A DNA stretch of 64,000 nt from Lama guanicoe (taxonomy: Eukaryota): positions 2,328,115 to 2,392,114 of the forward strand of contig MU053365.1 in NCBI GenBank assembly GCA_013239625.1, written 5' to 3'. How positions within the stretch are numbered: the stretch's first letter is position 1; each line of letters begins with the position of its first letter. The notes under the pieces were generated by a model. That model did no database searches. It was not told the DNA's origin and saw only the letters and a program-made list of their open reading frames with translations. Below are positions 55,001-64,000 of the stretch, piece after piece. The position numbers and the translations under genes were made by a program.

Positions 55001-56439
55001 CCTGACCATACCTGACCCAAGCTGGCAAGATGGTTTTTGATCAGAACATTTTTTTCTGACCCCAGCACATGAGAAATAGGAGTTACATGCATTTTACTCT
55101 GCAGTCTTAAGTTATCTTTCTCTGCCTTTTTTTTTTTTTTACCAGTGTTCCCACTGCTTTGTTCAGTTTTCAGAAAATCACAATGTAGCAAGTTAAGAAA
55201 AATAAGAAGCCTTCAAATACATCATAAAATATAATGATCTGCAGTACCGTCAAGATATTAACACATTTAAAATGACTTGTTTATCTCTGCTTTTACATTG
55301 AGGACTGGATCAGCTGCATTTAAAACTTTTTTGTTTCTTTTTTGTGCTATTTTTGAATTTTCTTATTCTTTTTCCACTTAGAGAAATTCACAAGAGTTGA
55401 AGCATCAATCTTATTTTCTGTCATTTTTGTGTCATCTTCAGAAAGAATGCTTCTCTCTACAGCCTGATGGTCTGAGGGGCTTGCTCTGGGAGTCTTTGCA
55501 TTGGGAGATTTTACATTTCAATGTTTACCCATGGTCTTGACAGCCGAAGCTCTCCCTCTTCCTACTACTCACAGATTTCTGCCATCCAGAACAATCCTTT
55601 AAAGGGGGCATGGCATAATCGAACCTTTCTGAATCTTAGTTTTTTTACCTGAAAATAAGAAGTTTAATTGGAAAATCTCCAAGTTCCTGGGTCAGTGATA
55701 CCAGTTCTGATCTCATTTTGCCAGATAGCAGCTTGCACTCCCTTTATGCATGACTGCTATTTCCTTGAAGAAGTAATGGATCTGTATTACTTACTCACTG
55801 TATTTGTCAGAGTGTTATGGCAGGTTTCTTCCGAAAACACCTGGACCCCTTTGAAAAGTTCTGGCTCTAGACTTGGATATGTGTGCACCAACTGGCACAG
55901 CTGCCCTCTGTAGCCACTCCAGGGAAACACGTTTTCTCCTCGGTGATTGTTCTCTGTCCCTTCGTGTTTTCACAAGCTGCATTTTGCTTCTTACTTTGGC
56001 TTTTACTGAGCTGACTCCTTGCATCTATCGCTGTGTCTTTGTTTTCTTCCGTGGGGATTTGCCTGGCTTCTGCTTTGGGTTGTTTGCCCCTTTGATGGCC
56101 AGTGCCTTGGAGGGGGGAGGGGCTTTGTTGCTATTAAGAGCTGGGAGGGAAAAGTAGGCGAGTTGCTGAGTGATAACAGCTGCTGACTGCTGCCACTCCC
56201 AGGACAGTTTGTCTTTAATATTCTCCATTTGTGACCAGTTCATGAGGATGGCTCAGGTTCTGGGAAGTGGCCTGGGAGGCACTACCAGTTTCTCTTCATC
56301 TCTTTTATGTGGTTTTTAAGTCATTTTCTTGCTTTCTGTTTATACGACCATGGATTTCTATGTCCAGTACTCTACTGTACTGTGTGTTCCACCAAGAAAT
56401 ATTTTCCATTTACATTTTGTTTCCACTTTCAACCATTCT

Positions 56440-56640
56440 GTGAGCTTCTCCTAGAGACTTGGATTCGAGACCCGACTTTTTTTCTCTTGGTATTAGGCAA
56501 GTTTCTTTACCTCTGTGAGCCTGTTTCTCTCTGTGTAAAATGTAGATGATGCCTTTGTTGCATTGCTAATGTGAGGACTCAATGAGATGATACCTGTGAA
56601 AATGCCTAGCACTGCGCCTGACGGTGGGCTCAGTACATGT
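56440..56640 (+). mobile_element. MIR SINE (other MIR fragments near 22.5, 53.0, 58.8, 59.7, 60.8 and 61.6 kb)
   Basis: ggcaagtttctttacctctgtgagcctgtttctctctgtgtaaaatg..gtgaggactcaatgagatga. Confidence 0.75.
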
Positions 56641-57779
56641 ACATTTCTTCCCTCCCCTTCCCCTCTCCCCTTCTTTCCCTTCTTTTTTTTGCGCTACTTA
56701 TATAAGCACAGTGGGCTATTTTCACGGTTCCACAAAACATGTCTCTCTGTTGGGCTAGGAAACTTTGCTTCCACAGGTTTTTCCAGCATATTTAGAAAGG
56801 TTTCTAAAGTCACCCAAGTAAAACTAGATTCCATTCCCAGAATTCACTTTGTGTTGCTGCTCGCTTTGGATACCCATGGGTCATACTGTATTACTTGGTT
56901 CTCAGTGGCTTCCCTAAACATGATAACTTTCCATGAAATATTTACCTCCAATTCTTCTCAGATACTTTTAAGTCCTTTTCTCTACCCCTTGTATCCTGAA
57001 GTAAACAGTCATTGTTTCTCCTTCCTCTCACGCTTCCTCAAGCAAACACCATCTGTTTCAGTGCTTACCCTGCCACTCCAAATTTGGACTTCAGCACCTG
57101 GGCCATTCATCAACTTTGGTTCACAGTATTGCAGAGATGTTGCAGACTCGTTTATTCATTTCTCTAGTCCCATTTCTTCCAGAGTCAGCTTTGGCTTCTG
57201 AGGAATCCCCTTTGCCTTCATCAGCTAGCCTTCCAAATTCTTGGCTCCAGTCTTCACTCACTGGCTCAACTTTGCAGCCATAACCACTTCTGCCAGGCAT
57301 GTAGAATTGTCCGCATGTCTTACTATCCTTGTACATTCATGGTGTCTCTTTCTACCTAGCAAAAGCCAAACCTAATGCACTGCTCTGTGCTCTAATATGA
57401 GAAGTGCAACGCTGTTATTTTCTAGTTATCTCACCCATCGCTAGTTCAAGAGGCTGTGTGCTTCTAAAGACACGACCGCGAAAATGATTCCAGCCCTCTG
57501 TCTATGTCACCTGTTCTTTTTTGGTGTTTTGTTTTCCATGCAGTTGTGGAAAATTTTACCTTATGAGAGAAAGTTACCCCATACATAGAAGATAACACCC
57601 AGGCACCTACTGGGCAGGTCTGATAGGAACGCTGACACTCAGAGCCAGAAATTCCCTTTGAAATTTTCCAAGCTTGATCCTCTCTCTAAAGAACAATTTC
57701 ATTTTTGATAAGTAGCTGTTTGACCTCTAGAGATTTTGAAGTCATTATCTTCTGAGGATACTTTCAGCCTATTCTAACT

Positions 57780-58510
57780 GGTGTAGAGCTTATTTGGCTA
57801 TTGAGGGAAAATTGACTTTCTTATCATTTTCAAGTGACCTAGGGTTCTTGTTTGCCTCTCTTGAACCACACAGTTCTCTTCTGCGTGGTAGTCCTTCAAA
57901 TAATTAAAAACATCAATATCATCCCTGCTAGTTAATTTTTTCCAAACAACCTCAGTTCTTCCATTGCCAAAGCTTCCTTCTTTACTATCTTGACCATTCA
58001 CCTCTGGATGTAATCTAGCAAGTGAACATTATCTCAAAATGTGGAATTAACACTAAATCAGAACATTAGGGTAAAGCCTGGTCCTCAGAATAGGGACTAC
58101 GTTCTGTTATAGTGTGTTTCTTCTGATGTAATGGGAAATCATAATCACTACTCAGCAACTTCGTCACACTGTGGATTCATGCTGAGCTTGCAGAAAATCA
58201 TAAACCCATTTTTAAAAGTTATTGGTTAGTCAGAGCTCTTTGATCCAGTAGTGTTTTTGCTTGTTTTATTTCATTTTGGTTCAGATTCTGGGTTCACATT
58301 TACCTACATTAGCTTCCACCTTGCTAAATTTACTCTTCTATCATCAGCCCATTGAGATAATTTTGGATATTGTCCCTATCATCCGCTTTTATGTGAATTT
58401 AAAAAGAGTAACCTTTAAGACTGGTTTTCATTTTGTGAAACAAACATCATTTTAAAATTTTTTAATTTACTTCATTACTATATTCTGCTCACAGTTTGTT
58501 GCCATCTGTC
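57780..58510 (-). mobile_element. CR1/L3 LINE fragment (ORF2 C-terminus)
   Basis: ORF 57798-58001 SRDDIDVFNYLKDYHAEE..RTLGHLK resembles the CR1 motif RGDLIxVFKYLKGCH..RTRxNGLKL. Confidence 0.7.
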
Positions 58511-61500
58511 ATACTTTATTTAACTTGAAAAAGTTGTTTAAAGACTGCTTACAGTCCAGTTGGGATCTGACTCTCTTTTGAAAGCCCAGTGATTGTGTCT
58601 AAAAGTAAAGTCAGTTCTCCACTTATAAACAACATGCCACTATAGCCAAAACATACAAAAGGAGAGGGAGGAGGTAATATTCATAGTCAGAATCACTTTC
58701 TTTTCACAAAGCAGATAAACATGTCACCCAAACAGCTGATGTGCAAAGGAAGGATTTCAGATTTGGGTGCCAGACCTGATTAGTTTGAATCCCAGCTTCC
58801 TCGCTTGGGTGGCTCACACTGAGCCTTTTGATTATCTTCTCTGTGTTACCTCATCTAAAGCATAATGCCTTACAGGGATTCTGGAGGGAATTATGTAAGA
58901 TAATATGTGGAAAAGTCTGGCTCCAAAATACCTAGCATATAGTTGGTACTCATTATATACTGTAGTAAAATGAACAGACTTTGTCTTTTCAAATTCATGA
59001 TTTCTTCATCACTTCCATCAAGTCTTGAGATTCTTCTCTCTGTTGTTGATATTTAAATTCTATAACCACATTGCAGTTTTTTCTTAAACATGATGATTAA
59101 CACGTTCCCTGACAGCTTCTCTCATTTACCCCCTATGTCCTGGACTGTACATTCAGTTCCATTTGAATTAAATAGAACAATACTCAACAAGACCAGATGC
59201 TGGTGTAGAGTGCATTTCCAACCTACAGAGTTCTAGCATATGGAAAGCCTATGTGAAACTGAAGGCTGATCTGATCTGAAGGAAAGGCTGTTTGTTATAG
59301 AGAATCCTGGTGGGCTTTGGCTTGAGAATCTCCTAATCCATTTCCTGTCTCACCAGCACACTTTAGAAAGGTGCCTTTGGAAAGGAAGTGAGCAGAGGGT
59401 TTGCTCAGGTCAATGTCATTTGAAAAATGTCTTGTTTCCATCCCTTGTGACTCACTTGTGTGTTCATCTGCTTTCAGCTGATAGTGGCTGCTGTAAACTT
59501 GGGCAATTACCCATCAAGATCACAGCATTGTGACCTCGTGTTGACTTCCCAGTTGAGTGTACAGCCATCAAGCTGTGTGACCTCTGTACTTCTTAACCAT
59601 AGCACTTCAACGGAAAATCAATGTAGCATGTGGGTAAGCCTTAGGCCCTGGAATCAAACAAAGTGATCTAGATTTAAATTAGATTGTCTTACCTCTGAGC
59701 CTCCCTTTCTTAAATGTGGATTATCTTACCTCTGAGTCTCCATTTGTTCATCTGTAAAATGGGGATAATCATTGTGCCCACCTTTAAAGGTTACTGTGAT
59801 AAAGTGATAATACAGTATCTGTTACAGAATACATACTCTATAAATGTTGGCTGTTATCACTGTTGTTATTTTGCATAATTATCTTGTCTTCTGCACCTTA
59901 GAGTTTTACTCCTTAAATAAAATACATGAGCCACATTGGGAGATTGGTTAGTATGTTCTTCAGTTACCTTTTTTTAAAATTACTAATTCTTGCTTGCCCT
60001 CTGAGAAAATGAGGTCCAAAAGTAAATTAATGAATGTATTTGATTAAGAAAGACTAAATTGGCAGCAGTGTGTGGACAGGACTGGAGAAAGGGTGAAGAC
60101 AGGGAGAACTATTAGGACACTCTGGTTTTTATGTTGAAAGAGGCAGTGGGGGTGGAAAGAGAGGTGAGAATGAATACAAGAGTTGCTGGGCAGGTAGGAC
60201 TGGGATAACTGATGAAACTGGAAAGGATCCAGAATGAATGCAAGTTTGAGCTCCAGTTATGGGGAAGGTGAACATTCCATTAAGATATATGGTAAGCACT
60301 AGAAAAGGAGCAGTTTCACAATTGATGCATTTTATATATTGACATTGATGACCAGTGCACATACACTACTTAAAGCCTGGGGCTGAGCTGAGGCTGAGTG
60401 CAAAGATGTTGTCTAGGAGAAGTGTGAAGAAAGGAATGCAGAGAACCTAGAGCTAAGGACACAGATCTGGGTTGAGATAGTACATTTACCAAAGAAGTGA
60501 GACTTCCAGTGAATTCTGTGTAATGGTATCTAAGGGACACTTATACAAAAGGAAGAAGTCAGATACTGTGGAGATATCAAGGGATTTGTGGACCAGGAAA
60601 AGAAAAGGTGATTAGACTCAGTTACTCTGACGTCATTGGTGATGGACAGGGAGAGGAGAAACTGGCGGTTGTAAAACTGTGCAGTGAGTGTTAAGTGTGC
60701 ACATTTTGCAGTCAGGGAGAAATGGGCTCAGAATCTGGTTCTATGACTTAGGAGGGGGCCAGTACCTTTTTAGCCTTAACTGCCACATCTGTGAGAAGTG
60801 GATGATAAAATAGTATGGTGTAGACTGAAGGAGATAGCATACAAAGCACGTAGAAAGGTCCTTGGTTTTCTGTAGACTCTGTAAATTGTTGGCATTATTT
60901 TTCTTGAAGAGATGAGGTGTATAATTGACTCAGCTGGCTTTCAGATGTCATGCTGCAAATAGACATTGGTGATCCAGGAAAAGATCATTTGTGGCATGGG
61001 GCATGGGCGTCCCCTTCTACACCAGGTGCATGTGATAGAGTGAAAAAGAATCCAAGTAAGGGACACTGAGAAACACGTACCTGCAGGGTAAGATTCTGTC
61101 TGAGCCAGGCCAGTCACTTCTCCTTTTGGTGACTGAAAAACTTCAAATATCAGACCAAAATGATAAATTCTCCTTGTTCAGGCTGTTCAAGTGAATTTTC
61201 TCTATTGGGGTTATTACAGAGAGAGATTACAGATTTTTAATAAAATGTTTATAATTCACATTTATTTCAGTTCCACTCTTCCCTCTAGAATAAACATTCC
61301 ACTAGTGAAAAAAAGATTCAGAAAATGAGATGTAACTTTTGAGAAAGTTATTAAGTTTTGACTTGGTATTTGATTGTTGATGCAGTAAACCATTAAAACC
61401 AAGGTACATGCTGTATCTTACTCAGGAAATATATTAGCAGTAATATGTTTACAATTTATAAAAAAATTTTAAACACATTGCCTCATTTGTTCATCACAGC

Positions 61501-61969
61501 AAGTCCTTGAGATAGTTCCATAATAAGCCTTTCATGACCCAAATCACATGCCTTGCAGTGTTCCCAGTGGTTTGCATATATCAATCTACTTAATCCTCAC
61601 AACAGTGCTATGAGATGTAGGTACTATTGTATTTGCTTCACCACCAAGAAGCTAAAGCGTAGAGACTTCAGGCATCTTGCTTAATGTCACTCAGTTAATG
61701 AGTGGTGGAGTGAAAATTTGGGCCCTGGCCACTTGACTTTAAAGTCTATGCTGCACTATTGCACTATATGGCCTTCCTGAAGTAATGACACTATATCTTC
61801 ATAAGATTGCTGTCCGAGTGAATGACAGAATGGCACTGGGGACAGTGTCTGCCTCATGAACATCCACTTGGCATTTCGTGCCATTACTTGTAAAAGCAGG
61901 TAGGATCTCCTTTTTGTAGATTCAAGAAATTGAGGCTTGGAGAGGTTCATGCCTTGTTTGAGTGGCCAA

Positions 61970-62950
61970 CATTATCATTAAAAAAAAAATCTTTATGGAG
62001 TTTAGCATATGCTAACTGCAGATGGTAATACCCATGCAAAAATGCATAAGGAAAATATAATAATCTCCTAACCCACCCTACTTCCTTTCCTACTCACCTG
62101 AAGTGAGCAATTTTAATACCAGGCACATATCTTTCCATACACTTCTTGTTCAAGCAAAATACTGACACATAAGTGAATGTGCAGATATCTGCAGGGCTGA
62201 AAGGAGGTTTAATGTCATTGGCTGTAACAGCAAAGAGACCATTAAATGTGGATTCCTCTTCAACTTCCTGGTCTAGTTTAATAGGTCATGAAAAAAGTTT
62301 TAGGTCAATAGATGATTGTGGTTACATATTATGAAATGTAATTATTTAATTCATTTTGAATGCATTTGGGGTCTGTGTGAAGAGAGGCTCCCACATGCTC
62401 TTGTTCCCAAAATACCTCTATTACTCACCTTAATTATTCCTGCTTCATTGCCTAAGCTCTGGGCCAATATCACAATGAGTTAATGAAAATTGAATATAAT
62501 TCCATTTGGAACTCTTAAAATGTATTCCTTCATTATTCATCTTTTTCACCTTAGCTACGTGTCTTGCAGATGGATTTAACATCTCCTTGTCATATTCCTC
62601 AGAGAGGTACCTTTGTGATTTCTGAACACATTACCTTGAAACTAATTAATTTAAGAGCAATCAACATCTTTCCAGTTTTTGTTTTCCCATTTAAGAAAAT
62701 TCCTGAAATAAAGATACACTTACTTAAGTCTTTTCTGACATTTTACAGTAAATTTTAGATTGTTAAAATATCATTCCTGAACAAATATCATTGAAGAGTT
62801 TATTTTAGGCATTTTATATTTTATTACTGTCAGAAATAATCTTTTTTCCACACTATATTTTCTGAAGGATTTTTGCTGGTCTATAAATAAATAACTGATT
62901 TTCTACATCAATTTTATATTTATTACACTTAACAAATACTTATTTAACAT
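61970..62950 (-). mobile_element. Old L1ME-like fragments
   Basis: T-rich L1 antisense motifs (tttgctggtctataaataaataactgattttct). Confidence 0.5.
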
Positions 62951-64000
62951 TTTCTTTATGCCAGACATGTTCTGGGTTTTTGTAAATATTAAACTTTTTT
63001 CTGCTCACTGCTGTATCTTCAGGGACTAAGACAGATAATGCCATCTATACTTCTGATGTAGTGCAACTTTAGAACACACTAATCGTTAGTACTAGACATT
63101 GTCAGATAGAACAAGCAGCCCCTTGCTTTGGGGACCTTTCCTCCTTGAACACTGACCTGGGTTATTGAGCTCTGCTATGGCATCTGGACCTTAAGGTACA
63201 CAGTTTGATATGACTTAGTTGCTATCTGGCCCAGGTTTGCCTTGGTGGCCGTCTGACAGCCCAACTCCTAGGAACACCATGGTAGATGGTTTGGCAATGT
63301 AACCACAGGGTTTAAACCAGCTAGTTACCAGGTTTATTCATAGCACTCATCCCGTGTCATCCCGACACTTCTGGAGTTTCCAAATAGGAAGTCTAGATAC
63401 CATCATTGAATGTGTTTTGTGAGACACGGCATTAAAGTGGAAACCGCTGTCAACTGTGTGTGCTGACTCGCGGCTTCCTCACTTGATCCTTGCTATAATT
63501 CACAGGACTAGAAGTAACCATTGCATCTACATCAAGGGATGACCCCCACCACGACAGTTAACTGAGGAAGTCCAGGTATGATCAATCACCTGGCATTGGA
63601 GTGATATTTTTAATTGAAAAAGTCGTTACTTTTATGAGAAACAAAAAATGCTTCTCAAGTTAGTGGCCACACGTCATCGTATAGACGTCGGTTTCATACA
63701 GTGTACTTCTCCCTTCAGGTATATTCCAGTGGGAAGAGGAATACCTCCTTGGCTCTAGGGAGTAGAATCATTTGATGGACTATGTAAGCTGGGGTTCTTG
63801 TACGCAAACCATGCGTCTCCTCCCCAAAGTGTCATATTCAGAAAGCCAAAGATCACAGATACATTTGGGATCCCATACTAGACACAGAGCCAGGATGATA
63901 CATCACTCCTTGATGATTACGAGGCAGAAGTTCCTGGGCAATATTGCAGTTCTCCAGGAAGCAGGGATCACTCTACCCACTCACCTCCACCTCATCGAGG

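Noticed and set aside
56587..57201. Longest ORF (204 aa)
   Set aside because: Starts inside a MIR and runs into L2-like pyrimidine-rich sequence; F/S/L-biased with no recognisable domain.
59681..59748. Short direct repeat (tcttacctctgag twice, 37 nt apart)
   Set aside because: Small diverged duplication within a MIR; two units only, not an array.
1..64000. CRISPR arrays, rRNA, operons or foreign inserts
   Set aside because: No regularly spaced repeat-spacer structure, rRNA similarity, long ORFs or compositional break seen.

Overview
AT-rich mammalian genomic DNA dominated by transposable elements (L1, L2, MIR, CR1/L3, MaLR/ERVL/ERV1 LTRs, hAT MER elements). Five tRNA-Ala-derived SINEs suggest a camelid genome (inference). 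No long ORF is present, and almost all ORF-track entries are repeat-derived or spurious. Gene-like signals are: a probable + strand terminal exon with poly(A) signal at the window start, a CpG-rich housekeeping-type promoter with a first-exon donor at about 24.7-25.0 kb followed by apparently non-coding candidate exons, and a possible - strand exon end at the right edge. I could not name any gene. I found no convincing undescribed biological system. The most notable observations are a TSD-bounded 2.5 kb L1 whose 5' UTR is fused to the ORF2 3' end, a 215-bp tandem duplication inside it, and a perfect DR2/E-box/TATA cluster upstream of an orphan Kozak-ATG exon. Repeat subfamily names come from recalled consensus similarity, not a database search. 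Boundaries without TSDs are approximate.
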